Source of the DNA: a bacterium | Lineage (GTDB): Bacteria > UBA8248 | Direction of reading: 5' to 3' | NCBI GenBank assembly: GCA_965261085.1 | Contig: OZ253442.1 | Span: forward strand, 800,001 to 864,000 | DNA length: 64,000 nt | Part shown: positions 38,206 to 48,122 of the stretch, in pieces | Layout of the letters: each line of letters begins with the position of its first letter | Numbering within the stretch: the first letter of the stretch is position 1 | Notes under the pieces: generated by a model | Told to the model about the DNA's origin: nothing | Database searches by the model: none | The model's input: only the letters and a program-made list of their open reading frames with translations | Position numbers and translations under genes: made by a program

Positions 38206-38955
38206 TTGACAAAGGCTTTGGTCTGTTGCAAGAAAAAATCGGTTTCATCCTCTTCGACCATAAAGCCGGACGTCGTTAGCGTTCGGAAAGCGAGGTGCGC
38301 CATCCTCAAGAAGATTTTCGGCTGGTTGACACAAAAGAACGACCCCCCCACTGGGGGCGGCCCGCCCCGGGCGGGCGGTGGCGGCTTCGGCCTGCCCATG
38401 GCGCCGGATCAGGCGGAGCAGGAAGCGCTTTTCGCCGAAAAAATAGAAGCCCACGGCAAGTGGCTCCAGAGTTCCGGCGCGCGCGGGGAGCGCGCCGACT
38501 TCGCGGGCGCACGTCTCGAAGCCATCAGTTTTTTCATGGTGAATCTCTCGAAAGCGAATTTGCGCGAGGCGCGTCTCGCCCGCGTCAATGCGCAATGGGC
38601 GAACCTTGATGGAGCGGATCTCACCAACGCCAACCTCGAGGGGGGCGATCTGTTCCAATCCAGCCTCGAGGGAGCGAATCTCACCGGCGCGCGGATGACC
38701 GGGGCGAAAATGATGTCGGCGGATCTCAAGTTCGCGGATTTGACGAACGCCGACCTCGGTGGAGCCGACCTGCGCGGCGCCTCGCTTCAGCGGGCGAAAC
38801 TCGGGTGCGCCAATCTCGCTGGCGCGCTCTTGGACGATGCCGACCTGGAGCTTGCCGACATCCGGGGCGTCGACCTCTCGGGTGTGAAGGGACTGACGCC
38901 CGAGCAGGCCGAAGGCGCGATCAAGGACGGGGAAACGCTTTTTCCGGGTGTGTGA
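38206..38955 (+). CDS. Pentapeptide repeat protein (start uncertain)
   Basis: HGKWL..GERADF followed by many A(N/D)Lxx repeats. Confidence 0.85.
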   Translation: MTKALVCCKKKSVSSSSTIKPDVVSVRKARCAILKKIFGWLTQKNDPPTGGGPPRAGGGGFGLPMAPDQAEQEALFAEKIEAHGKWLQSSGARGERADFAGARLEAISFFMVNLSKANLREARLARVNAQWANLDGADLTNANLEGGDLFQSSLEGANLTGARMTGAKMMSADLKFADLTNADLGGADLRGASLQRAKLGCANLAGALLDDADLELADIRGVDLSGVKGLTPEQAEGAIKDGETLFPGV

Positions 38956-39025
38956 GGTCGCATATCCTAGGATAAGAATATAAACCGTGGTGAAAATGAA
39001 AATCGAAAAGAAGGTATTGATTACA

Positions 39026-39454
39026 TCATGCGAGCAGAGGCTCGACTTCTGAGGATACGAGTTCTTTAATCAACCCATAATTAAGGCGCTGATTTTCCCG
39101 TTTGAGGTTTGTGATTTCATTGTCGACGAATTCGTTGATTTCAATGGCGATTCGTTTGGGGCTTTGATCCCCGTAATTTATCAAGAACTCCATTAGTTTT
39201 CCGCTGTTCTCGCCAACGAAAAAACTTATCTTGTCATTACCTTTTTGTTCTATAGCTTTTTCGTTGTCGATGTAATTGAACGCAATTCTCATTTTTCCTG
39301 GTTCTTCATCAGTATTCACTGTTAGCGATTTGGGAATATCAAACACGGACAGTGAAATAGATACTTCAACACCACCAACATTTTCATTAACTTCTTTTGC
39401 TTCGAGAAGATGATGAATGTCTTCCGAATTGAGCATGATATTTTTTTCTGTCAT
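39026..39454 (-). CDS. Hypothetical protein in an AT-rich islet
   Basis: 142-aa ORF with GGGAGG RBS and low GC. Confidence 0.6.
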   Translation of the reverse strand: MTEKNIMLNSEDIHHLLEAKEVNENVGGVEVSISLSVFDIPKSLTVNTDEEPGKMRIAFNYIDNEKAIEQKGNDKISFFVGENSGKLMEFLINYGDQSPKRIAIEINEFVDNEITNLKRENQRLNYGLIKELVSSEVEPLLA

Positions 39455-39479
39455 AGGATTGCCTCCCGGCTACGTATAA

Positions 39480-40166
39480 CTATAGCAATTTTCCAATCGT
39501 TGCGGCAATAGATTCAAATAAGTCATTTTGTTGGGTTTTATCCAAAAATTCATTTGGATTCCTACTGTCTACAACGAGAACACCCCACCTTTTCCCATCC
39601 AGATTTCGTATGGGTGTGGCGACGATGCTTCTCGATTTAACATTCAGCTTTTTTACTTTATCCAAAGGCAAATGGCCTGAGTTAGCATATTTATCATCAT
39701 CACGCCATTCTGGTAAATTAGGATAGTTAAGAGTTGCGTTCTTGAACCATGCCTGCCCTGCAATACCTTCGTTTTCCTTTTCGTTATCGTTGTTAATCTT
39801 AAATGGTTGTACTTTTTTCTGATATTGTGTTCCTGAACGACAAAAGAATTTCAATTTAGTTTCTCTACGATTCGCCTTGAACAAGGTAGCTCGGTGATGA
39901 AACATTTCATCAGGAGGCATATTCTTGAATAATGCGTCACGTAAAATATCAAGTGCGCTTTTATAGGACGCCTTGGACATCCAATCGATATATTCTTCTA
40001 CAAAAAATGCCGTAAAGGCGATTGTACCCAAGCTAATGTATATTTTATCGCAATTGAAATTGAGTAGCTTGAGGCAATTGAAATCTAGCGACGGCAATAT
40101 CGTAAGTAAAAGAATGCATATGAATTGGCTTGCTTTGGCTGAGCGGACGATCTTTTTGTGTTGCAT
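39480..40166 (-). CDS. Two-TM membrane protein with a GAF-like domain, AT-rich islet
   Basis: Two hydrophobic segments, then EGIAGQAW..SRSIVATPI..WGVLVVDS. Confidence 0.65.
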   Translation of the reverse strand: MQHKKIVRSAKASQFICILLLTILPSLDFNCLKLLNFNCDKIYISLGTIAFTAFFVEEYIDWMSKASYKSALDILRDALFKNMPPDEMFHHRATLFKANRRETKLKFFCRSGTQYQKKVQPFKINNDNEKENEGIAGQAWFKNATLNYPNLPEWRDDDKYANSGHLPLDKVKKLNVKSRSIVATPIRNLDGKRWGVLVVDSRNPNEFLDKTQQNDLFESIAATIGKLL

Positions 40167-40403
40167 GAAAATGCTTTCTAAGGGCTCCTAAAAGTGCTGA
40201 ATTAATATTCTCCAAATATATATCGAAAATAAAGGAAATAATAGTAGTTACATTACCCATGACACATATTCCAAATGCGGGGAAATGCGTAAAGACTTTA
40301 TCGGAATTTGTGTTTGCTCTCACCTCTCTCCTGTCTTTTTCTTTTGTGGGATTCGGTTTATGATGGATTTTTCTTGAGATTCAACGAGCAGGAGTAATAA
40401 GGC

Positions 40404-41498
40404 ATGTCGCAGACGACCCGGACGGTAGGCCATGAAGTCGATTTGGTGGAGTATTACTACGAGCAGGGCTTCTCGGACGGGCTTCCCGTCGCCCCGCCCA
40501 CGCCCGAGAAGATAGACGCCGCCGTCGCGGCCTTAGGGGGCGATAAAGACCTCATCGAGTGCCGTGTGCCTCCGCGCTGGGGCAACCTCACGAGAGAGGT
40601 TTTGGCGATCAACATGGTGATGGCGGGCTGTAAGGCGGAATACGCGCCCGTCGTCCGCGCGGCGATGCTCGCGCTTTGCGACCCGCATTTCAACCTGAAC
40701 GGCGTGCAGGCCACCACCCACATGGCGTGTCCGCTCATCGTGGTGAACGGGCCGGTTCGAGACGAGATCGGCATGAACGCGGGCTGCAACGTGTTCGGCT
40801 CGGGCAACCGCGCGAACGCGACGATAGGCCGCGCGGTGCGAATGATGCTCCTGAACGTGGGCGGCGCGTGGCCGGGCGACCTCGACAAGAGCACGCTGGG
40901 CTGCCCCACGAAATACACTTACTGCATTGCGGAGAACGAAGAGGCGAGCCCATGGGCGCCCTATCACGTAGAACATGGCTACGCGCCTGAGGATTCCACG
41001 GTCTTCGCCATCGCGGCCGAGGCGCCCCACAGCGTGACGAACCACATTTCGGACGATCCCGAGGGCATACTCGACAGCATTTGTTCGGCGATGAGCACGA
41101 TTGCGCACAATAATTCGGTGAGCAGCGGCTCGTGCGCCGTCGTCATCAGCCCTGAGCACGCGGCCACCATCACCGCGAAGAGCTGGACGCGAAACGACGT
41201 GAAAAGCTATCTGTGGATGCACACCAAGAACACGTTCGCCGATATCTCGTTCAACCATCGCTACGGAAAAATCTATAACCGAAACATCCCCAAGTGGTAC
41301 AGGCGCGAACCGGACGAGAGAATACCCATCGTGCCGAGCCCTGAGAACATGCACCTGTTCGTGGTGGGTGGGGAGGCGGGGCGTTTTTCGGCGTACATCC
41401 CCGGTTGGGGCCACATGACGAATCCGGTGCTGCGGGCGATAGACGGAAGAGCGCTCGAAGGCGGCCCCGTCTGCGTGGACGGCACCTGTCTGCTTTAG
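40404..41498 (+). CDS. Conserved partner protein of UGSC-type selenoproteins
   Basis: SDGLPVAPPT, LAINMVMAGC, QATT, NRANATIGRA, TLGCPTKY..AENEE..PW, C-terminal CVDGTC. Confidence 0.7.
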   Translation: MSQTTRTVGHEVDLVEYYYEQGFSDGLPVAPPTPEKIDAAVAALGGDKDLIECRVPPRWGNLTREVLAINMVMAGCKAEYAPVVRAAMLALCDPHFNLNGVQATTHMACPLIVVNGPVRDEIGMNAGCNVFGSGNRANATIGRAVRMMLLNVGGAWPGDLDKSTLGCPTKYTYCIAENEEASPWAPYHVEHGYAPEDSTVFAIAAEAPHSVTNHISDDPEGILDSICSAMSTIAHNNSVSSGSCAVVISPEHAATITAKSWTRNDVKSYLWMHTKNTFADISFNHRYGKIYNRNIPKWYRREPDERIPIVPSPENMHLFVVGGEAGRFSAYIPGWGHMTNPVLRAIDGRALEGGPVCVDGTCLL

Positions 41499-41526
41499 AA
41501 TTTGAGAGAGAATAGGAGGAAGAGCC

Positions 41527-42069
41527 ATGAGTGACGTCATCACCGGCCAGGTGGTCTACGACCCTAGAGGGGTGGTCGAGGCCCAAGCGCAACCCACCGC
41601 AAAGCGTGTCCGGAATTTGAAGGGCTTAAAGCTCGGCGTCCTGGACAACACCAAGTGGAACGGGCGCAGGCTGCTCGAGAAGACCACGGCGCTGATGGAG
41701 GCGGAAGGTCCCTTTTCCGAGGTGCATTACTACAAGAAAGAGAGTTTTTCCAAGAACGCGGCGCCTGAGTTGATCGCCCAAATCGCAAAGGAGAACGACG
41801 TCGTCCTGACGGCGATTGGCGACTGAGGCTCCTGCACTTCGTGCTGTATGCACGATGCGATCTCCCTGGAAGAAAAAGGGGTGCCCACCGCCGTGGTGGT
41901 GACGGAGGTTTTCCTGCATGAGGCCCACGTGCAAAGGGCGGCCTTGGGCATGGACGGTCTCGACCCCGTGGTCATTCAACACCCCCTGAGCACGCTTTCG
42001 GATGAGGAAATCTCCGCGCGCGCGAGCGATGCTGCTCTCCAGGCGGTGAAGGTTCTCCTCGGCGGATAG
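41527..42069 (+). CDS. UGSC-family selenoprotein
   Basis: LTAIGD-TGA(41824-6)-GSCTSCCMHDAISLEEKGVPT in frame. Hairpin TCGTGC-TGTAT-GCACGA after the UGA. Confidence 0.85.
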
Positions 42070-42081
42070 TTTAATCTTTTC

Positions 42082-43314
42082 ATGACGAAACCACTGGAAG
42101 GCATCCGAGTCTTAGACTTGACGCAGTTTCTCTCAGGTCCCCAAGCCACGCTTTTCCTGGCGGGTCTGGGAGCCGAGGTCATCCGTATCGACAATCCGGC
42201 TACCGGCGATCCGGTGGCCTATTCCCCCCCCTATATCGGGGCAAAAGGCGTCTCCTATCATCCCCAGACGGATGAGGACATAGGGCTGGCCTATCTCAAG
42301 CGCACGCGCGCGAAAAAAGCGATTACCCTCAACATCAAGGACCCGCGTGGTCTCGAGATGCTCTATGGACTCGTCGATCGCTCCGACATCCTGGTGGAGA
42401 ATTTCTCCGTCGGCGTCACGAAGAGACTCAAAATCGACTACGAGACGCTCCAGGCGCGAAAACCCTCCCTGGTCTACTGCTCCATCACGGGCTACGGCCA
42501 GACGGGGCCGGATGCGGGGCTCAAGGGCTACGACGCCGTTTCCCAGGCCGCCTCTGGGCTCATGAACCTAACGGGGTTTCCCGACGGGCCGCCCACCAAG
42601 GCGGGTTCGGCTCTTGGCGACAGCATGGGCGGCACGTTCGCTTTCGGCGCCATCATGACGGCGCTCTTTCACCGCGAGCGCACGGGCAAGGGCCAGCACA
42701 TCGATATTTCGATGATCGATTGCATCTTCTCCCTCATCTTCGATGAGCCGATGGATTGCTACGAGCATCTGGGCCTGCCGCCCCGAATCGGGAACCGCAT
42801 CATGCGGCTCGCTCCCTTTAACGCCTATGAGACGAAAGACGGCTGGGTCATCATCGCTTCGGGAACCAACGCCCATTGGCGCAACATATTGCGCGGCATC
42901 GAGCGCGCCGACCTTATCAACGATGAACGATACGAGGACATGAGCCGGCGCGTAAGCAAATACGAAGAGGTCGACGCCATCATTACCGACTGGACGAAGC
43001 GGCGCGAGACGAAAGAGGCGGTCTCCTCCCTGCGCGTGCACGACGTCATCTGCGGGCCGGTGCACAATATCGACGACATCCTCGCCTGGCCCCACATGCG
43101 CGCGCGCGGGATGATAGTCGATATCGAACACCCCACGCTCGGGCCGCTCGACAGCGCAAAGGCCCCGGGCTTTCCTTTCAAGTTCAGTGAAATAAAAGGC
43201 GGTTACGCCACCCCCGCCCCGCTCGTGGGCCAGCACAACGGGGAAATCCTCGGTGGTCTGCTCGGCGTGTCGGATGCGGAATTGAAAGAGCTGGAAGATG
43301 AGGGCGTGGTCTAG
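42082..43314 (+). CDS. Class III CoA-transferase (CaiB/BaiF family)
   Basis: PLEGIRVLDLT..GP, LGAEVIRI, DILVENF, SITGYGQTGP, GYD, GQHIDISM. Confidence 0.9.
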   Translation: MTKPLEGIRVLDLTQFLSGPQATLFLAGLGAEVIRIDNPATGDPVAYSPPYIGAKGVSYHPQTDEDIGLAYLKRTRAKKAITLNIKDPRGLEMLYGLVDRSDILVENFSVGVTKRLKIDYETLQARKPSLVYCSITGYGQTGPDAGLKGYDAVSQAASGLMNLTGFPDGPPTKAGSALGDSMGGTFAFGAIMTALFHRERTGKGQHIDISMIDCIFSLIFDEPMDCYEHLGLPPRIGNRIMRLAPFNAYETKDGWVIIASGTNAHWRNILRGIERADLINDERYEDMSRRVSKYEEVDAIITDWTKRRETKEAVSSLRVHDVICGPVHNIDDILAWPHMRARGMIVDIEHPTLGPLDSAKAPGFPFKFSEIKGGYATPAPLVGQHNGEILGGLLGVSDAELKELEDEGVV

Positions 43315-43319
43315 GGTTT

Positions 43320-44156
43320 ATGAGGAGCCGAGCCTACGATTTCTCAGCCATGCGGCATTTTGTCTTTATCCTGATGCTGGTTGGTTTTGTTCTTCCGGGC
43401 TGCGCCGGCGGAGTCGGCCCCGTCGGGGTCGATTCCGAAACGCTCGACTTGGCGGATGAGGCGAGGCGTACTTTCGATTCCGCCTATGTCATGATCCGGT
43501 TAAAAGATGAGTTCATCGAAGGCAGGATGAGCGACGAATTCGTTCAGAGGAAACTTGCGAGCTTCAAGAAAAAACGCCCCATCGTCATTTTTTCGCACGG
43601 CTGCGCGGGGCTTGGCCGGGGAAATTTACGCTATATGCGGCTGTTGGCGCGCGCGGGATACGCTGTGATCGCTCCCGACAGCTTCGCGCGTCACTACCGG
43701 CCAGAGACCTGTGATCCTTCCCAACATCGAGGCATAAAGGGAGCGCCTCACAGGCGGGTGAACCAGATGCGCCAGGAGGAGATTCACCACGCGGCCTATC
43801 GTGTTCGGCGCATCCCCTGGGTGGACCGGAGAAACCTGTTCCTGATGGGACATAGCCAGGGCGGCACCGCGGTAGCCGCCTACGAGGGGGATGGGTTCAA
43901 GGCCCATGTCATCAGTGGTTCCATATGCTGGCGCGGCGTTCGGTCGCCACGCGGGACACCCATCCTCGCACTGTACTCAGAGGACGACCCATGGCGGCGG
44001 GGCAGACCCGCAGATTCATGCCTGCGCAAGGCAAAGGCGCGAGGCGCGAACATGGAATTTCACCTCTTCGGGGGCCGGGCGCACAACCTCTCGCGCAACA
44101 AGAGAGCGCGGCGGCTGATTCTCGATTTTCTTGGCCGACACCGCAGGGCGGAATAA
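43320..44156 (+). CDS. Dienelactone-hydrolase-like lipoprotein (start may be 43350)
   Basis: LPGC lipobox, SHGCAG, APDSF, GHSQGG. Confidence 0.75.
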   Translation: MRSRAYDFSAMRHFVFILMLVGFVLPGCAGGVGPVGVDSETLDLADEARRTFDSAYVMIRLKDEFIEGRMSDEFVQRKLASFKKKRPIVIFSHGCAGLGRGNLRYMRLLARAGYAVIAPDSFARHYRPETCDPSQHRGIKGAPHRRVNQMRQEEIHHAAYRVRRIPWVDRRNLFLMGHSQGGTAVAAYEGDGFKAHVISGSICWRGVRSPRGTPILALYSEDDPWRRGRPADSCLRKAKARGANMEFHLFGGRAHNLSRNKRARRLILDFLGRHRRAE

Positions 44157-44298
44157 GAGCGCTTGAAGCGCGCGTCTTGAAATTTCATGCTATTCGTTCT
44201 CCCGGCAAGCTCCGGCTTTCAGGAGCGATGCGGCATCGCCCGCCCCCCTGTGGTAGGATTTCCCTTGTCGCGGACTTGAAACCTGGAGGCTCATCCTC

Positions 44299-45285
44299 AT
44301 GCGAATCTGTACTTTCAGCCTTGGGGGCGAGGCGCGCATCGGCGTCTTGTTCGAGGATAAAATCGCCGATCTCAAGATGGCCTACGCCTTGTCGCTGGAC
44401 GAGCAATCGGCGGCGGAGGCCATGGATCGCGTCGAGGCCGAAATTCCCGATGATTGCGAGGAGTTCATCGAGGACCTGGAGATGAATCGTCCTCTCGCCG
44501 AGGAAGCTCTCGAAGCGCTCGAAGCGCATTCGAGCAAAAAAGACCCGATTCGCTTCGACGGAATGCAGGTTGTCTATGCGCCCGAAGAAGTCGAGATTCT
44601 TCCCCCCGTCGTACCCGACACGCTGTTTTGTATGGCGAGAAACTATGTGGCCCATGCCGCCGAGATGGCGCGCACCAAGGTGGATGATTTCAAGGAGGAA
44701 CTCCCGCTCTATTGCTTCTTGAAGCCCAGCACCTGCGTGAGTGGCCCGTATGAGGAAGTGCCCGTCTACCCCTCGATGGAAAAACTCGACTACGAACTCG
44801 AACTCGGCGTGCTCATCGGCCAGGGCGGCAAGAACATTCCCGTGGAGCGGGCGATGGATCACGTGGGCGGCTACACTCTGTTCAACGACATGAGCGATCG
44901 CACGAGCCTGAACATGGGCAAGTTCATCGACTGGTACGCCATGAAGGCGCCGGACGGCTTCGCCCCCATCGGCCCCTACATCCTGCTCCCAGAAGAAGGT
45001 CTCGACCCCCACGATTTGAGGCTCAAGCTGTGGGTGAACGGTGAACTGAGGCAAGACGCCACCACGGGCGACATGGTCTGGCGGGTCGCCGAGCAGATAT
45101 CGTATCTATCGGGCATCGCCACGCTGCGAACGGGCGACATCATCGGCACCGGCTCGCCTGCGGGCAACGCCGCCTCCTGGGGGAAATACCTGGAGCCGGG
45201 CGACCTGATTGAGGGCGAAATCGAGCATATCGGGCGGCAGGCGTTTCGAATCAGGAGCGAAAGCCCCGAGTATACGCCGGTCTAG
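44299..45285 (+). CDS. Fumarylacetoacetate hydrolase family protein
   Basis: NYVAH, FLKP, DYELEL, GYTLFNDMSDR, FAPIGP, GDIIGTGSP. Confidence 0.88.
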   Translation: MRICTFSLGGEARIGVLFEDKIADLKMAYALSLDEQSAAEAMDRVEAEIPDDCEEFIEDLEMNRPLAEEALEALEAHSSKKDPIRFDGMQVVYAPEEVEILPPVVPDTLFCMARNYVAHAAEMARTKVDDFKEELPLYCFLKPSTCVSGPYEEVPVYPSMEKLDYELELGVLIGQGGKNIPVERAMDHVGGYTLFNDMSDRTSLNMGKFIDWYAMKAPDGFAPIGPYILLPEEGLDPHDLRLKLWVNGELRQDATTGDMVWRVAEQISYLSGIATLRTGDIIGTGSPAGNAASWGKYLEPGDLIEGEIEHIGRQAFRIRSESPEYTPV

Positions 45286-45379
45286 TTCTCCCGGCGGTTG
45301 ATTCGCACCCGTTTGCGCATTAAGATTTTCGCATCGATAGATAGAATACCGAACCGTTGAAACCCGAGAGGGGACCCCC

Positions 45380-46747
45380 ATGAACCCAGCCATAGCCGAA
45401 GCCGAATCCCTGCGGACGATGGACAAGGAGCACGTCTGGCATCCGCTCATGAACCATTCCGGGATCGAGAAAAATCCCCTCGACGTCGTGGTCAAGGCCA
45501 AAGGCTCGACCATCCAGGACGCCTCCGGTAAGGAATACATCGACGCCATGGCGGGGCTTTGGTGCGTGAACATCGGCTACGGGCGCGACGAGGTCGCCCG
45601 GGCGGCGTACGAGCAGATGCTCGAGTTGGCCTATTATCCGCTGACCCAGGTGAACCCCCCCGCGGCCAGGCTCGCCGAGCGTCTCGCTTCCCTGCTGCCC
45701 GAGGGGGTCGAGCGCATCTGGTTCGTGAACTCGGGATCAGAAGCCGTGGACACCGCCATCAAGATAGCCCGCGTCTACGGACGCCTGAAAGGCGGGAGGC
45801 GATATAAAATCATCGCCCGCCACCAGGGCTATCACGGGGCGACCATCGGCGGCGCGAGCTTGACCGGCCAGACACTCAGGCGCGCGATGTTCGAGCCGCT
45901 CCTGCCGGGGGTGATTCACGTGAGCGCCCCCTATTTCTACCGCAGCAACGCAGATTCCGAGGCAGAACTCGCCCGGCGGTGCGCGGATGAACTCGACGAG
46001 GTCATTCGCTACGAAGACCCCGAGACCGTGGCGGCGTTCATCGCGGAGCCCATCATCGGCGGCGGCGGGGTGATTCCCCCGCCCGCGGATTACTTAAAGC
46101 GCATGCGCGAGGTGTGCCGGAACCACGGGGTGTTGTTCATCGCCGATGAGGTCATCACCGGTTTCGGGCGCACGGGGGAGCTATTCGCTTCGGATCTGTA
46201 CGAGGTCGAGCCGGACATCATGACGATGGCCAAGGGGCTGAGCAGCGCCTATCTGCCCATCGGGGCGACGGCGACCACGAACGAGATATTCGAGGCCTTA
46301 AACGTGGAGGGCGATTCAGGGTTCCTGCAGATAAACACCTATGGCGGACACCCCGTCGCCTGCGCGGCGTCGCTCAAGAATCTCGAGATCATGATGGATG
46401 AGGAGTTGCCCGCGCGCGCCAAGAAGGTGGGCGCCTACCTGGGCGGGCTTCTGGGGAAACTCGCCGACATCCCCTGCGTGGGAGATATTAGAGGCGTGGG
46501 CCTCATCTGGGGTGTTGAACTGATAGAAGAAAGCGGCGCGCCGCTCTCCACGGCGGCCACGTCGAAGGTGCTTGCCTACGCCAAGGAGGCGGGCGTAATT
46601 TTCGGCAAGAACGCCGGCATCGCCGCCGGCCCGTCGAATACCGTCACCATCAGTCCGCCGCTGGTGCTGACCGAGGAAGAAGCCGAGCGCGCCGCGTCTG
46701 TTCTCGACGGCGCCTTGCGCCGCGTTCAGGCGGAGAGCGGGGCATGA
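45380..46747 (+). CDS. Class III PLP aminotransferase (omega-amino acid/taurine type)
   Basis: YIDAMAGLWCVNIGY, NSGSEA, YHG, FIAEPIIG, DEVITGFGRTG, MAKGLSS, TYGGHP. Confidence 0.9.
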   Translation: MNPAIAEAESLRTMDKEHVWHPLMNHSGIEKNPLDVVVKAKGSTIQDASGKEYIDAMAGLWCVNIGYGRDEVARAAYEQMLELAYYPLTQVNPPAARLAERLASLLPEGVERIWFVNSGSEAVDTAIKIARVYGRLKGGRRYKIIARHQGYHGATIGGASLTGQTLRRAMFEPLLPGVIHVSAPYFYRSNADSEAELARRCADELDEVIRYEDPETVAAFIAEPIIGGGGVIPPPADYLKRMREVCRNHGVLFIADEVITGFGRTGELFASDLYEVEPDIMTMAKGLSSAYLPIGATATTNEIFEALNVEGDSGFLQINTYGGHPVACAASLKNLEIMMDEELPARAKKVGAYLGGLLGKLADIPCVGDIRGVGLIWGVELIEESGAPLSTAATSKVLAYAKEAGVIFGKNAGIAAGPSNTVTISPPLVLTEEEAERAASVLDGALRRVQAESGA

Positions 46748-46798
46748 GGCGCTAAACGAAAAATTTATCTCGCACATCATTTTCTGGGAGATTGAAAG

Positions 46799-47461
46799 AT
46801 GTCCAACATCACCATGCTCGATATCGAGGATTTGAAGAAGACGAAGCTGGCTCCTTTCCTCAACAAGGCGCTCAAGCACCGCGCGCCCGACCCCGCCTTT
46901 CACGCCATGCAGGGCCACAACGAGGAATTGGCGAAATCGATGTATCTCGCCTGGGGCACGGTGTTCAACACCGGCGTCATCGACCACAAGCTCAAGGAGA
47001 TCATCCGCGTTCAACTCTCGCGCCGCGCTTTTTGCAATTACTGAGGGAACGTGCGTTCTGCTTCGGCGAAGCAGGCAGGCCTGACCGAGGAGTTGATAGA
47101 CGAGGGCATCGACAACTGGCGCGACAGCGAGAATTTCACCGAAGCCGAAAAACTCGCTCTCGAATACAGCGAACTTATGGATTCAGAGCCTGAGAAGATC
47201 GACGAGGCCTTCTACGCGAGGCTCAGGGAGCACTACTCGGATGAGGAAATCGTGGAGTTGGGTTCTTTCATCGGCTTCAACGTGGGCTACCACACTTTTT
47301 TCAGAACGCTCGATTTCTACCCCATGTTCTCCCCCGACGGCCGGCTGGTGAGCCAGGAGGAATCGCGCCGCATCTACGGCGATTGTCCCGTCTCGCACAT
47401 GAGCGGCCCGCTTGAGCGTGCTCTCGAAGAGGGCGAAGCGCAGCAAGCCAACGGAAGCTAG
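46799..47461 (+). CDS. AhpD/carboxymuconolactone-decarboxylase-family selenoprotein (CxxU)
   Basis: IDHKLKEIIRVQLSRRAFCNY-TGA(47042-4)-GNVRS..FTEAEKLAL..HYSDEEIVEL in frame. Hairpin CTGCTTC-GGC-GAAGCAG after the UGA. Confidence 0.85.
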
Positions 47462-47470
47462 GAGGAAGAC

Positions 47471-48076
47471 ATGCCGATAATCGAGCCGCTTGACCCCGAA
47501 GCGATTGAGGAGAAGGACTGGAAGCGCGTCATGGAGCGCACCGCCGAGACCCAGGCGCCGGATGCGTTGTTCTCGCGCATCATGGCCCATGCGCCCGGCT
47601 ACGCCGCCGCCATGCACGACGCCATGCACCGCTCCCACGCCATGGGCGGGGTGGACCACAAGCTCAAGGAGATGGTCCGCATCCAGCTCGCCAGAACCGC
47701 GCAGGACACCTACTTCGCGAACTTACGCTCCGAGCAGGCGAAAAAAGAGGGTCTGACGGAGGAGCGCATCGAGGCCGCCTGCGGGGATTTCGAGAACGAC
47801 CCGCAGTTCACCGACGCCGAGAAGTGGGCGCTTCGCTATTCCTACTGGATGTACCGCGACGCCGCGAAGCTGGACAAGGATTTCTACGATGAGGGCAAAA
47901 AGCATTTTTCCGAAGCCCAGATTATGGAGCTCGGCGCAATGGTGGCGCTTCACTACGGTCTGCAGGTCTTCATGCGCACGCTCAAGGCCTACCCACTGCA
48001 CGATCCGGAAGGAAACGTCGTGACGCAGGCGCAGTCCGAGAAGATTTACGGAAAAGACGTGCCCCTGCCCGCCTGA
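47471..48076 (+). CDS. AhpD/CMD-family paralog lacking the redox motif
   Basis: VDHKLKEMVRIQLARTAQDTYFANLRS..FTDAEKWAL..HFSEAQIMEL aligns with the upstream gene. Confidence 0.8.
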   Translation: MPIIEPLDPEAIEEKDWKRVMERTAETQAPDALFSRIMAHAPGYAAAMHDAMHRSHAMGGVDHKLKEMVRIQLARTAQDTYFANLRSEQAKKEGLTEERIEAACGDFENDPQFTDAEKWALRYSYWMYRDAAKLDKDFYDEGKKHFSEAQIMELGAMVALHYGLQVFMRTLKAYPLHDPEGNVVTQAQSEKIYGKDVPLPA

Positions 48077-48093
48077 AGCTCGCCACTAAGGTG

Positions 48094-48122
48094 AAACGCT
48101 CGCTATCCGGCGGGCGTTTTTT
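48094..48122 (+). terminator. Rho-independent terminator
   Basis: AAACGCTCGC..GCGGGCGTTT followed by a T-run. Confidence 0.6.
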
